64,000 nucleotides of DNA from an uncultured archaeon (GTDB taxonomy: Archaea; Thermoproteota; Nitrososphaeria; Nitrososphaerales; Gagatemarchaeaceae). Position numbers and translations under genes: made by a program. The DNA lies in assembly GCA_963817525.1 (NCBI GenBank), contig CAWFOU010000001.1, forward strand, positions 768,001 to 832,000, written 5' to 3'. Numbering within the stretch: the first letter of the stretch is position 1; each line of letters starts with the position of its first letter. Shown piece by piece: positions 38,485 through 49,218 of this stretch. Below the pieces are notes generated by a model. The model ran no database searches and was not told where the DNA came from. It worked only from the letters and a program-made list of their open reading frames with translations.

Positions 38485-41031
38485 TTGGCGTCCATGCCAG
38501 CTTCGAGAGGGTCTTTTCACATCCCGGGGGCTACGCGGCACCTTCCCCCGGACAAGGAGTTCCATGCTGAGCACATAGCGATACAGCTGAAGGTCGACCT
38601 AGAAAAGAAGCAGGTCGGCGGGTCGTGCAGGACCCGGCTCGTCCCCCTCAGGGAGGGGATAGGCGCCCTGCACCTCGACGCCCGAGACATGCGCATCACC
38701 GGGGTGACCCTCGACGGGGTGAGGGTCCCGTACGAGCACGACGGCCGTTCGCTGACGGTCTCCCCTCCAGGTCCCTTGGCCATCGCGGCCCACGAGCTCC
38801 GGGTCGACTACTCCGCGGAGCCGAAGCAGGGCGTATACTTCGTGTCCCCGGACGAGAAATTCCCCGACAAGCCGGTCCAGGCCTGGTCGCAGGGCGAGCC
38901 GGAGTTTTCGAGGTACTGGTACCCGTGCCGGGACCATCCCAACGACAAGGCGACCTCGGAGACGACGGTCACGGTCCCCGCGGGATACGCGGTCATCTCC
39001 AACGGAAGGCTGGTCTCGAAGAGCGAGGAGGGAGCCTGGACGACCTTCCACTGGAAGGAGGAGGTCCCCCACTCAGGATACCTGAACTCCTTCGTCGTCG
39101 GCAAGTTCGGGTTGATAGAGGACGAGGCAGAGGGGATCCCGCTTCAGTACTACTTCCCCGAGTCGAAGCGGGGCGACGCCCTCCGGCTCTTCGGGCTCAC
39201 ACCGGACATGCTCAGGGTCTTCGAGTCCCTCACCCGCATGAAGTATCCCTATGAGAAGTACGCGCAGGTGGCGGTCCACGACTTTTTGATCGGGGGAATG
39301 GAGAACGTGAGCGCCACCACCCTGACGGACACGAGGTTCCCCGACGAGAGGTCAGAGGAGGACTACGCAGCCAGGTACTCAAGGCCAGACAGGAGCCACA
39401 TAGAGCTGGTCGCGCACGAGCTCGCCCACATGTGGTTCGGGGACCTGGTGACCGCGAAGCACTGGTCGCACCTGTGGCTCAACGAGGGCTTCGCCACCTA
39501 CTTCCAGGCGCTCTACACGAAGGAGAAGTACGGCGAGGACGAGTTCAGGCACGACATGCTCTCAAAGGCGGACTCCTACTTCGAGGAGGACGAGTCGATG
39601 TACCGGAGGGCGATAGTGGACGACGTCTACGTGTACTCGGACGACGTCTTCGACTCGTACGCGTACGAGAAGGCGGCGTGGATGATCCACCAGGTGAGGT
39701 ACATACTCGGCGACGAGATGTTCTTCGACGCCACGGCCGAATACCTGAAGCGGTTCGCGAGGTCGAACGCCGACACGCACGACTATCGCAACGTGCTGGA
39801 GGAGAAGAGCGGGCTCTCTCTCGAGGGTTATTTCGAGCAGGCGTTCTTCAAGGGCGGGCACCCCGAGTTCGAGGTAGGGTTCTCCTGGGACGAGGGGACG
39901 CACACCGCCCAGGTGTCCGTCAAGCAGACCCAGCAGACGGACGACCTCACGCCGATATTCTCCCTTCCCTGCGAGATAGCGTTCTACGTCCCCGGGGCCA
40001 CGGGCGCGGCCAAGAACGGCGGGAGGCACGTCAAGAGGGTCAACCTTGGCGCCAAGGAGGAGAGGTTCTACTTCGAGCTGCCCTGGAAGCCGATGATTGT
40101 CGAGTTCGACCCCGAGGAGCGGCTCCTCAAGAAGATAAAGTTCGACAAGCCCGTCTCGATGCTGCTAAGCCAGCTCGACGTCAGCGTCGACGCCTCCAGC
40201 AGGAGGAGGGCGGCGGAAGGGCTCGCCTCGTTCAGGGGAGCCCCCGAGGTGGTCGAGGCCCTCGAGAGGGCGGTCAGGAGGGAAGACCAGCACCACTCGG
40301 TCAGGTCAGAGGCGGCGAGGTCGCTCGGCAAGATCGGCACAAAGGACGCCCTGGAGGCGCTCCTGGGGCTGACCGGCCTGAGGGACAGGAGGGTCAGGCG
40401 CGCAGTGGTCGCGGCCCTAGGGGAGTTCAAGGACGAGAGGGTGGCGAAGCCCCTCGCGGCGGCCCTCAAGGGAGACGAGAGCCCGTACGTCCAGTGCCAG
40501 GCCGCCATCTCATACGGGAAGGCCAAGCTCCCCGACGCGTTCGGGGTGATCGTGTCCGCGGTGGGGACGCCCTCCCCAGAGGACGCCATCACCGAGGCCT
40601 GCCTTGAGGCGCTCGGGTATGTCAAGGACCCTAGGACGAGGGGATTCCTCAGGGAGCACCTGCCCTACGGGCGGCCGACCCGGGTCCGAGTGGGCGCCCT
40701 GAAGGGGCTCTCGCGCCTAGGCTGGCTCGAGGAGGAGGACGTGGGGACCATGAGGGATATCATCGTCGAGGACAAGGAATACACGATCAGGACGCAGGCC
40801 CTCGAGGCCGTCTCGGAGCTGCTCGACAGAAGGCTGCTCCCCGCGGTAAGGGAGGCCGCCCAGAAGGACGAGGACCCCCGCGCGAGGAGGAGGGCGATGG
40901 AAGTGGCGCTGAGGCTGGAGAACGCGTCGTCGGTGGAGAGGGCGCTCAGCGACGTCAAGGACGACCTCGAGCGGGCGAAGAGCGAGAGCAGGGAGCTCCG
41001 CGAGAGGTTCTCCGGCATGAAGCTCTCGTAG
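38485..41031 (+). CDS. M1 aminopeptidase with C-terminal HEAT repeats
   Basis: GGMEN, HELAH...WLNEG motifs, HEAT-like helical repeats. Confidence 0.92.
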   Translation: MASMPASRGSFHIPGATRHLPPDKEFHAEHIAIQLKVDLEKKQVGGSCRTRLVPLREGIGALHLDARDMRITGVTLDGVRVPYEHDGRSLTVSPPGPLAIAAHELRVDYSAEPKQGVYFVSPDEKFPDKPVQAWSQGEPEFSRYWYPCRDHPNDKATSETTVTVPAGYAVISNGRLVSKSEEGAWTTFHWKEEVPHSGYLNSFVVGKFGLIEDEAEGIPLQYYFPESKRGDALRLFGLTPDMLRVFESLTRMKYPYEKYAQVAVHDFLIGGMENVSATTLTDTRFPDERSEEDYAARYSRPDRSHIELVAHELAHMWFGDLVTAKHWSHLWLNEGFATYFQALYTKEKYGEDEFRHDMLSKADSYFEEDESMYRRAIVDDVYVYSDDVFDSYAYEKAAWMIHQVRYILGDEMFFDATAEYLKRFARSNADTHDYRNVLEEKSGLSLEGYFEQAFFKGGHPEFEVGFSWDEGTHTAQVSVKQTQQTDDLTPIFSLPCEIAFYVPGATGAAKNGGRHVKRVNLGAKEERFYFELPWKPMIVEFDPEERLLKKIKFDKPVSMLLSQLDVSVDASSRRRAAEGLASFRGAPEVVEALERAVRREDQHHSVRSEAARSLGKIGTKDALEALLGLTGLRDRRVRRAVVAALGEFKDERVAKPLAAALKGDESPYVQCQAAISYGKAKLPDAFGVIVSAVGTPSPEDAITEACLEALGYVKDPRTRGFLREHLPYGRPTRVRVGALKGLSRLGWLEEEDVGTMRDIIVEDKEYTIRTQALEAVSELLDRRLLPAVREAAQKDEDPRARRRAMEVALRLENASSVERALSDVKDDLERAKSESRELRERFSGMKLS

Positions 41032-41036
41032 GGCGG

Positions 41037-41750
41037 TCAGGCCAGCCGGACGACCAGTTGCTCCAGCTCAGGTAGCGAGCCGAGGACATAGTCCGCCCCG
41101 AGTCTGCCGAGCGCCTCGGAGTCGTACCTTGCCGAGGCGATCGAGGCGATCCTTATCCCCGCGCCCCTCGTCGCGATGATGTCGGTGGGGCTGTCGCCCA
41201 CGTAGAGCACCTCGCCCTTTCCCAGGCCTAGGGCCTTGAGCGCCGTGGTTATCCCCTCGGGGCGGGGCTTCATCGCGGGGAGGTCGTCCCTCGTGAAGGT
41301 GCGCGCGAAGTACCTCTCGAAGCGCAGGTTCTTCATCGCGTAGCTGCTCGCCGCCCTCCCGCTGTTGGTCAGGAGGGCGAGGGTGATGGGCACCCTCCCC
41401 TCACCGCCGAGCCTGGAGAGCATGGCCTCCGCACCCGGTAGGAGCTGAGAGTGACGGATCCACCCGACCTCGAGCGCGTCGAGGGCCTGGAAGGTGCGCC
41501 TCTTGACGCTCTCATAGTCGGCTTTCACGAGGCCCCGCTCTATCTGGGCCTTTGCCAGGTCGAGGATGTCCTGGACGTAGAGCCCCTTGGAGTTGGCGTC
41601 GATGAGGTCCATCCTAAAGCCGCTCCGAGTGAGCTCCTGGGCGATCTCCCTCCTGAATGCCGAGCCGTCGACGTGGAGCGAGATGAGGGTCCCGTCCAGG
41701 TCGAAGATTATCCCCTTGAGCAATCGCGCACCCGTTGCCGACGGGGTCAT
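41037..41750 (-). CDS. HAD-family hydrolase
   Basis: FDLDGTL, KPRP, VGDS. Confidence 0.88.
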   Translation of the reverse strand: MTPSATGARLLKGIIFDLDGTLISLHVDGSAFRREIAQELTRSGFRMDLIDANSKGLYVQDILDLAKAQIERGLVKADYESVKRRTFQALDALEVGWIRHSQLLPGAEAMLSRLGGEGRVPITLALLTNSGRAASSYAMKNLRFERYFARTFTRDDLPAMKPRPEGITTALKALGLGKGEVLYVGDSPTDIIATRGAGIRIASIASARYDSEALGRLGADYVLGSLPELEQLVVRLA

Positions 41751-41764
41751 TAGGTAAGCTTTGC

Positions 41765-41896
41765 TCAGATCTTGCCCTTCTCGAAAAGGATCAGGATGGC
41801 GAGCCCCGCCAGGCCGAGGGCGACCACCAGGATTACGAGGGGCTGCGAGACGTCAGACTGCGCGGTCAGCGGGGCGAGGGCTTGGATCGAGACCAT
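41765..41896 (-). CDS. 43-aa single-TM protein (below ORF-track cutoff)
   Basis: MVSIQALAPLTAQSDVSQPLVILVVALGLAGLAILILFEKGKI with an AT-rich box about 35 bp upstream. Confidence 0.45.
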   Translation of the reverse strand: MVSIQALAPLTAQSDVSQPLVILVVALGLAGLAILILFEKGKI

Positions 41897-42070
41897 GCGT
41901 CCACTGATAGGCAAGGACGGACGGGCCACTTAAATATTTGCGGGCGCTCGTCTTCCCGCGCCTCGTCCTCATCCGCGCGACTTTATCCGGCCGCACACAG
42001 AACGGAACGCACAGCAAGGTAGAAATAACGAAAGGAGGGCGCGTCGCAAAGGGAAAATGGCGAGAGAGTT

Positions 42071-43522
42071 TTGCTTGAAGAATACAAAGAGCTAGCGGAC
42101 CTTTGCGTCCGGGATGCGCGGAGGCTGGGGGCAGACTACGCCGAGGCGCGTATACACGGCGGAAGGGGGGCAGGCTTCTTGCTGAAGAACGGCGAGCCCC
42201 AGCCCTCTATGATCGACGACAGCTTCGGGATCGCCGCGCGGGTGATAGTGGACGGCGCGATGGGCTTCGGGGCGACGAACCTTCTCTCCAGGGAGAGGGT
42301 GAAGGACCTCACCACATCCACGTTCAAGATGGCGAGGTCGTGTGCGCGCCTCGTGAAGGAGCCCATCGCGATGGGCGACTCGAAGACTGCGACGAGGAAG
42401 GTCAAAGTGCAGGAGAAGGAGGCCGTGGAGGGTGCTGACCCAGGCTGGCTAAAGTCGGTCTTGGTGGAGATCGACAAGAGGGTGGTCGAGGTCGCGGCGG
42501 GGGCGGGGGGAGTAAAGATACCCAACAGGATAATGGTCGCTTCGGCGGGGGCGGAGGAGAAGTACATAGTGACGAGCGACGGCTCGAAGGTAGAGAGCAG
42601 GGTGCCCCGCGTCCACTACTTCGGGATACTCACGGCGCTGAAGGGGGGCGAGGCCGCCCAGAGGATGATCCAGCAGGGCGAGACGGGCGGGCTGGAGATA
42701 GTCAAGAGGGTACGGCTCTTCGAGCTCGTCGAGGAGGAGGCGCAGACCCTGGTCGAGGTCCTCGACCATGCCGAGAAGGCGCCCACCGGGATAATGGACG
42801 TCGTCCTCTCACCGGAGCTGTCTGGGATCGCCGCCCACGAATCGGTGGGGCACCCGCAGGAGGCAGACAGGATCCTCGGGAGGGAAGGCGCGCAGGCAGG
42901 CGAGTCCTACCTGTCGAGTGACAGCCTGGGGATGAAGGTGGGTAGCGACGAGGCCTACGTGAGCGACGACCCCACGCTCGCGCACTCCAACGGGTTCAGC
43001 CCCGTCGACGACGAGGGGGTCGTGTCGGCGAAGAGGCGGCTGATAGTGGGCGGGAAGATAACGGAGTTCCTCCAGAACAGGAGCACGTCCTCCCTGCTGG
43101 GCGTGAAGAACAACGGGTCCTCACGGTCGGCGGCTTTCGACAGGGAGCCGATAATCAGGATGTCCAACACCTTCGTCGAGCCCGGCGACTACGCGACGAC
43201 GGAGGAGCTGCTCAAAGAAGTCAAGGACGGGATATACCTAAAGTCGTTCACGGAGTGGAACATCGACGACAAGCGCCTCAACCAGAGATACACGGGGCTG
43301 GAGGCCTACAGGATAAAGAACGGGGAGACGACGAGCCTCGTCAAGGCGCCCGTCCTGGAGATCACCACGCCGGCGCTATGGGGGAGCGTGAGAGGGAGGA
43401 GCAAGCGGCTCGAGTTCGAGGCGGCGAACTGCGGCAAGGGCGACCCGATGCAGGGGATACCCGTGTGGACTGGCGGTCCGGACACGCTGCTCGCCGGCGT
43501 GAGGATAGTGGGCGGGAGCTGA
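42071..43522 (+). CDS. tldD: TldD metalloprotease
   Basis: HESVGH motif, RMSNT, CGKG. Confidence 0.92.
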   Translation: MLEEYKELADLCVRDARRLGADYAEARIHGGRGAGFLLKNGEPQPSMIDDSFGIAARVIVDGAMGFGATNLLSRERVKDLTTSTFKMARSCARLVKEPIAMGDSKTATRKVKVQEKEAVEGADPGWLKSVLVEIDKRVVEVAAGAGGVKIPNRIMVASAGAEEKYIVTSDGSKVESRVPRVHYFGILTALKGGEAAQRMIQQGETGGLEIVKRVRLFELVEEEAQTLVEVLDHAEKAPTGIMDVVLSPELSGIAAHESVGHPQEADRILGREGAQAGESYLSSDSLGMKVGSDEAYVSDDPTLAHSNGFSPVDDEGVVSAKRRLIVGGKITEFLQNRSTSSLLGVKNNGSSRSAAFDREPIIRMSNTFVEPGDYATTEELLKEVKDGIYLKSFTEWNIDDKRLNQRYTGLEAYRIKNGETTSLVKAPVLEITTPALWGSVRGRSKRLEFEAANCGKGDPMQGIPVWTGGPDTLLAGVRIVGGS

Positions 43523-44898
43523 TGGGTATGGCGAAGATGATGGGCCCTGACGAGTCGAACGAATTCGGAGTGGGGGTCGCGAAGAAGCTCGGCGTCGACG
43601 AGGCGATACTCATGACGGTGATCTCCAGCGAGCGGATGGCGAGGTTCGCGAACAGCTCGGTGACGGTAGCCAAGAACGTCAAGGAGAGCGGGCAGGTGGT
43701 GTACCTCGCGAAGGGAGGGAGGCGGATAATCGGGAGCTCGTCGAACCCGGAGAGGGCGAGCCTTAAGGGGTTCATCGAGCTGCTCTACAAGAGCATGATG
43801 AGCCTCCCGAAGGACCCTGGCTTCGTCCCGCTGCCTCCGCAAGGGCGCGCGTACAGGCCCAAGCCCAGCCACGACAAGAAGCTGGAGGAGGCGGAGGGGC
43901 TGCTGGCCGACTACGTCGAAGACGCCGTCAGCGCCGCGGAGTCGTCCGGCGCGAGGAGGACGGCGGGCAGCCTAGAGGCCGGGGTCGCGTCCCACCACAT
44001 CATGACCACCACGGGGACGGTGGGGAGAGACACCAGCTCTAGCATACTCCTCAACATCAGGGCGTTCACCGACCGGGACGCGAGCGGGCACGGGCTCTCG
44101 TGCTCCGCGACCGTGCGGGGGTTCCGCCCCGCCGAGGCCGGGGAGAGGGCGGGGACCCACTCGAAGAGGATGCGCAACGCGAGGCAGCTCAATGAGGAGG
44201 GGAAGGAGTACCAGGTCCTGATGAGCCCGACGGTGGCCTCGAACCTCCTCGGGCTGGTGGGAGACTTCGCCTCGGCGTTCTCGATAGAAGCGGGGACGTC
44301 ATACCTTGTCGACAAGCTCGGGAAGAAGGTTGCCTCTGAGGCGCTCGACGTGACGGACGTGAGCAAGGGCGGGGGGTGCCTGAACGTCCGCGCGTTCGAC
44401 GACGAGGGTCAGCCCACGCAGTCGACGCCCATCATAGAGGCCGGAGTGCTGAAGAGCTACCTGCACAACCTCTCGACCGCGAAGAGGTTCAAGACGAAGA
44501 GCACCGGGAACGCGGGGCTCATCGAGCCCGGTCCCTGGAACCTGGAGATAGGCGCGGGGGACTCGACCTACGACGAGATGGTGAAGGAGATGAAGCGCGG
44601 CCTCGTCCTCACGAGCAACTGGTACACCCGCTTCAAGAACTACAGGACAGGGGAGTTCTCCACAGTGCCGCGGGACGGGACGTACCTCGTAGAGTCCGGG
44701 GAGGTAAGGGCCCCGATAAAGGGGATCAGGGTAAGCGACAGCCTCGAGAGGATGACCTCCTCGATACGCCTCCTCTCGAAGGAGAGGGAGTGGGTGCAGT
44801 GGTGGGAGGTCGACACGCCTACCCTCTGCCCTTGGGTCCTGGTGGACGGGGTGACGGTCACCAAGGCGTACGGGGAGAGCCCCCCTCAGGGCAGCTAG
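43522..44898 (+). CDS. tldE: TldE/PmbA protein
   Basis: RFANS, FDDEG, STGNAG; ATGA-coupled to tldD. Confidence 0.88.
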   Translation: MGMAKMMGPDESNEFGVGVAKKLGVDEAILMTVISSERMARFANSSVTVAKNVKESGQVVYLAKGGRRIIGSSSNPERASLKGFIELLYKSMMSLPKDPGFVPLPPQGRAYRPKPSHDKKLEEAEGLLADYVEDAVSAAESSGARRTAGSLEAGVASHHIMTTTGTVGRDTSSSILLNIRAFTDRDASGHGLSCSATVRGFRPAEAGERAGTHSKRMRNARQLNEEGKEYQVLMSPTVASNLLGLVGDFASAFSIEAGTSYLVDKLGKKVASEALDVTDVSKGGGCLNVRAFDDEGQPTQSTPIIEAGVLKSYLHNLSTAKRFKTKSTGNAGLIEPGPWNLEIGAGDSTYDEMVKEMKRGLVLTSNWYTRFKNYRTGEFSTVPRDGTYLVESGEVRAPIKGIRVSDSLERMTSSIRLLSKEREWVQWWEVDTPTLCPWVLVDGVTVTKAYGESPPQGS

Positions 44899-45009
44899 AG
44901 CGAGCGTCGAACCGAAGGTGTCCGCGTAGACACGACTACCAGGAAGAACCAGCTCAAGGGTCTCTGGCCCTCCATCGAGCGGCAGTTCTCGAGGCAGGGC
45001 TCTAGGCTC

Positions 45010-45468
45010 ATGGTAGTGAGGAAAATGCTCGAGTACGGGATAAGGGTGTCCGACGAAGGGAAGCTCTTCGTGGGAGGGATGGAGGTCGACTACTCGGCGC
45101 TGGCAAGAGACGCCCACACGGACAGACGCGTGGTAAAGCAGACCGCGGAGCAGATAAAGGGCGACCCCTTCCTCTTCTCGATATTCTCGGGGTTCGCGCC
45201 CGTGGGCGCGAGCCTCCTGCACGTGGTCTCGAGCATAGGCTGCTCCGCGATAATCATCGAGGCGGACCCCCGAGCGGCGGGGATCATCTCGAAGGTCACG
45301 GGGGTGCTCGCCGAGCACGGGATAGTGGTGAGGCAGGCGCTAGCGGACGACCCGGACATGGTCAAGGACGCCCACCTCACGCTGATAGTCGAGGGGGCGG
45401 TGGGCGGGAGCGTGATCGGGGAGCTCGAGGAGCTCGAGATGGTCCGCGGGATCACGGTCAGGAAGTGA
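45010..45468 (+). CDS. ACT-domain regulator of amino-acid metabolism (archaeal); true start probably upstream
   Basis: HTH-like N-terminus plus GIISKVTGVLAEHGIVVRQ ACT domain. Confidence 0.75.
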   Translation: MVVRKMLEYGIRVSDEGKLFVGGMEVDYSALARDAHTDRRVVKQTAEQIKGDPFLFSIFSGFAPVGASLLHVVSSIGCSAIIIEADPRAAGIISKVTGVLAEHGIVVRQALADDPDMVKDAHLTLIVEGAVGGSVIGELEELEMVRGITVRK

Positions 45469-45472
45469 CCGC

Positions 45473-46042
45473 CTACTTCTCGAGCATCCGGGAGAAGGTC
45501 CAAGAGACGGTGTTGAGGATCTCGGTCATCCTCTCCTTCTCGCGGTAGTTCTCGACCACGAGCGCTGAGATCTTCCCACCCTTCTCGGAGACGCTGTACC
45601 TGAGCTCCTCTCCCTTTTTCAGGCGCCCCTTTGAGACCGAGTCCTCGTCGGCCGTCTTCATCCCGGAGAGTATCTTTCCGAGGAGGAACGACCTGAACGG
45701 GGGCGTCTCCGCCTTGAGCGTGACCTCTGCGACGGGCTCGATCTTCAGCTTCTGCCTCGTGACCTGGGCGACGGCGATGGTCTCGCCGCCCCTGTCCTTC
45801 TTCAGCTCCCGGATCTCCGGGATGGGCTCGCCGGTAAGCTCGTTCTCCTCCCCCGTCGGGGCGCGCGGTCCCGCCGCCGCGAGGGCCGCCGCGGGCTTGA
45901 AGCTCGAGGCCCTGAGCGCCGAGTCTACCACGGAGAGGGCCTCCTTCAGCCTGTCGACCTCCTCCTGCAGCTGTCCTATCCGCGTCTCGATCCAGAGCTT
46001 CAGGTCGGCGTTGCGCCTTAGCTCGTCGTCGCTGGCCGCCAT
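45473..46042 (-). CDS. hypothetical protein with N-terminal coiled coil
   Basis: 189-aa ORF with host-like codon usage. Confidence 0.7.
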   Translation of the reverse strand: MAASDDELRRNADLKLWIETRIGQLQEEVDRLKEALSVVDSALRASSFKPAAALAAAGPRAPTGEENELTGEPIPEIRELKKDRGGETIAVAQVTRQKLKIEPVAEVTLKAETPPFRSFLLGKILSGMKTADEDSVSKGRLKKGEELRYSVSEKGGKISALVVENYREKERMTEILNTVSWTFSRMLEK

Positions 46043-46411
46043 TGCGCGGCCCCGCCCACCGGGCAGGCTTAAAAATTTCGGTTCCTCTGCCTTTGCATTA
46101 GTGTCGTCTTCAAGGATTCGAGTTCCTGCCTTAGCTCCTTGTTCTCCGACTCGAGCTTCGCTACCCGCCCCTCAGGCTCGGCGCGCCTCTTCTTGTGCCG
46201 TTCAAGCTCGCTCGCCGGAGCATCGTACCCAGAGGCGTTCCCTTCCGGCATCTGGAGGACGGACGATTTCATTCGCCGAAACGGCCGCATGTCGAGAAAT
46301 CCCTTCGGTCAGGTCGATTCAACTTCAGAAAGGTAAGCGTGTAACGACCCAGATGATTGTTATGTTTCTATCTGAGGCTTGGCTTAACAGCCTCGAATAC
46401 AAATCCTATGG

Positions 46412-47488
46412 GTGCGTGGTTTAACAAGGATTAGGACCGGGACGGCAGCTGCCTTAGTGGTGATGTTCCTCGTCCTGGGCGTCGCGGCCATCCACCCGGT
46501 CGCGGCCATCCACATGGTGGCGATGGACAACACTACGTCTACCTCAACTTCTGCTCCCCCTACGTCTACTACCTCTACGTCTACCTCTACCTCCACGTCT
46601 AGCTCTACGTCCTCTACGTCCACGTCTAGCTCTACGTCCTCTACGTCCACGTCTAGCTCTACGTCTAGCACCTCTACGTCTACCTCAACGTCTACGTCTA
46701 GCTCTACGTCTACCTCAACGTCTACGTCTAGCTCTACGTCTAGCTCTACGTCCACGTCTAGCTCTACGTCTAGCACCTCTACGTCTACCTCAACGTCTAC
46801 GTCTAGCTCTACGTCTAGCACCTCTACGTCTAGCTCTACGTCCACGTCTAGCTCTACGTCCACGTCTAGCTCTACGTCTAGCACCTCTACGTCTACTGCG
46901 TCTACCTCTACCTCAACGTCTGCTTCCTCTACCTCTACGTCCTCTACCTCAACGTCCACCTCTAGGTCCGCTACAACACCTCCTACTACTAGCACAACCT
47001 CCAGCTCAACGTCTACCTCTGCTACGACACCTCCTACTATTACTAGCACAACCTCCAGCTCAACGAAGACAATTACTTCGACCACCACCGCTACAGTGAC
47101 CGCGACCTCTACCTTAGTAGCGCCACCTGTGACGACTACATCGACGACGACGGCGCCTGCGGTGACCCTGACCCAGACGGTGACCTCCACTGGCGTGTTG
47201 ACGCTCGACGCTCCTGACGGGCCTCCTTCTACTGTGACCACCACGGTCACTGGGGCGGATCAGACCGTCACCACCACACAGACTGTGTCTCCAGCCCTAT
47301 CATCTGACAGTCCCTCGTCGACCGCGGTGAGCTCGCTGACGTCCACCTCGGCACCGGGCGCCTCAAGTGGACAGCCTTCACAGGCAGTCATCGGCGCCAC
47401 CCTCGCGGTCTTCGCCGTCATCGCTGTGGGGGGCGCGGCCTACTCGATTGGCAAGAGGGACGCTCTTTTCAACAGCGGGGGCGGTTGA
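46412..47488 (+). CDS. mucin-like Ser/Thr-rich cell-surface protein
   Basis: signal peptide, long S/T tract, C-terminal TM. Confidence 0.75.
   Translation: MRGLTRIRTGTAAALVVMFLVLGVAAIHPVAAIHMVAMDNTTSTSTSAPPTSTTSTSTSTSTSSSTSSTSTSSSTSSTSTSSSTSSTSTSTSTSTSSSTSTSTSTSSSTSSSTSTSSSTSSTSTSTSTSTSSSTSSTSTSSSTSTSSSTSTSSSTSSTSTSTASTSTSTSASSTSTSSTSTSTSRSATTPPTTSTTSSSTSTSATTPPTITSTTSSSTKTITSTTTATVTATSTLVAPPVTTTSTTTAPAVTLTQTVTSTGVLTLDAPDGPPSTVTTTVTGADQTVTTTQTVSPALSSDSPSSTAVSSLTSTSAPGASSGQPSQAVIGATLAVFAVIAVGGAAYSIGKRDALFNSGGG
46532..47064 (+). repeat. imperfect hexamer tandem repeat (TCTACG/TCTAGC/TCCACG)
   Basis: directly visible low-complexity tract coding S/T. Confidence 0.9.
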
Positions 47489-48306
47489 GCCGATGGCATC
47501 AGACAGATCCACCTGGTATCCCGGTCGGCCCACAGAAGATACCAAAGACCGACCTCATCAACGCGCTCTAGGACATCCACGAGAGAACAGAGATGCGGTA
47601 TGGGCAGATAGTCAATAACGCGCTTCAGCTAAGATATGGACGAAGGGCTGCGACTGCGGGAAAGACGAAGGCCCTCTCGAAGGTAATGATTGGTGCAAAT
47701 GATGGAATCGTAATGACGTTGCGTGCGACATCTTCGACACCCATGATGAGAAGTTCACCAAAGCCTTGGAGGGGTTCAGGAGGGCTCACCTGCATTCAGC
47801 TTCAGCCGTACCAATCCCTTTCGCAAGGGGAATGGTTAGCGAACTTCGTTCAGAGCGAGGATGGTTGTTTCGCCACGTAAAGAGGCAGGCGGAATACGCA
47901 GCTGCATGTGAGGGAGTGCCGGTCATGACCCTGTCACATAAGGACACGAGAGGGCACCACGATGGATTGTCCGAGATGCGGGGGAGAGGATGCAAGTGAC
48001 AGTCCGGGGCGATTATGAGCACCATCGCCAGTAGTGGCGCCGGACGTGCGAGAGACGGTACGACCGCGACCTTGTCGCCGTCCTTGACATTTCAAAAAAA
48101 GGGGGCGGTTGAGATTCGACCGTTCGAAACGGAATGAAGGCGAGGCAGAAGGAGCAATGAAGGGAAAGCTGGCACCGAGTGAAGAACTAGCAAGCCTCCG
48201 ATTAGGCGCCTCGAAACTGTGTCGCCGCGCGCGTAGGACACAGTAGAGGCAAAAAGTTGGCAGACGGGGCGGGCCGGCTCAAGCATTTATCTCGTGGCTA
48301 AACGGC

Positions 48307-49218
48307 GTGCGACAACCGTTGACCGCGAGCGCGCGCCTGGGGTCGCTGAGCGTCGGGGATGGGTTCCCGGTGCGGATAATGGCCGCGGTCAACGCCAGCC
48401 CGGAGTCGTTCTACAAGGGGTCGGTCGCCGGCAGCGCGAAGGCGGTTTCGAAGCGCGTGAGGCAAGCCGTGGAAGACGGGGCGGACGTCGTCGACATCGG
48501 CGGGGCGTCGACCGCCCCCTACCTCGAGGCCGCCGTCTCGGAGGGGGTCGAGCGGTCTCGCGTGCTCGCGGCTCTCGGCGCCGCGATGGAGGCGCTCGAA
48601 GGGCGGAGGACACCGATATCGGTCGACACCGTCCGCGCCTCGGTCGCCGACGCGGCGCTCAGGGGGGGCGCGTCCATCGTGAACGACGTCTCAGGCCTGA
48701 AGGACGACCCGCTCATGCCCAAGGTGGTGAAGGAGAGGGGCGCCTCGCTGCTCGCCATGGCCCACTCCAAGGTGACGTCCATGGCCGGGCCGATAGCGCG
48801 GGTGAGGAGCGCGCTGGGCGAGTCGCTCCGACTCGCCGAGAGGGCGGGGATAGAAGAGGACCGTTTAGTGCTCGACCCTGGGATAGGCTTCTTCAGGGAT
48901 CAAGCGGGCAGGATTGGCTCGCACCAGACGGTGATGCCCTGGTACGAGTGGGACTGCGAGGTGGTCGCGAACTTGAGGGCCCTGAGGGGGCTGGGGAGGC
49001 CTCTGGGCGTAGGCCTGTCCCGCAAGTCGTTCCTGGGGGAGATCCTCGGTCTCGACAAGCCAGAGGATAGGCTCGCGGGCTCTCTCGCGGTCACCGCGAT
49101 AGCGGTGATGAACGGGGCTCGCCTGGTGAGGACCCACGACGTCCGCGAGACCCGTCAGGCCGTCAGCGCCGCCGAGGCCGTGAAGGCAAGAGGTCCGCGA
49201 GGGAGCCGGGCCTCTTGA
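48307..49218 (+). CDS. folP: dihydropteroate synthase
   Basis: VNASPESF, DIGGAST, DPGIGF, SRKSF, RTHDV. Confidence 0.92.
   Translation: MRQPLTASARLGSLSVGDGFPVRIMAAVNASPESFYKGSVAGSAKAVSKRVRQAVEDGADVVDIGGASTAPYLEAAVSEGVERSRVLAALGAAMEALEGRRTPISVDTVRASVADAALRGGASIVNDVSGLKDDPLMPKVVKERGASLLAMAHSKVTSMAGPIARVRSALGESLRLAERAGIEEDRLVLDPGIGFFRDQAGRIGSHQTVMPWYEWDCEVVANLRALRGLGRPLGVGLSRKSFLGEILGLDKPEDRLAGSLAVTAIAVMNGARLVRTHDVRETRQAVSAAEAVKARGPRGSRAS

Noticed and set aside
36240-45318. Long alternative-frame ORFs (e.g. 39432..40607, 44299..45318)
   Set aside because: GC-rich shadows overlapping well-supported genes
46384-47250. 288-aa Val/Asp/Glu repeat ORF on the minus strand
   Set aside because: Antisense shadow of the S/T repeat gene, which has the signal peptide and anchor
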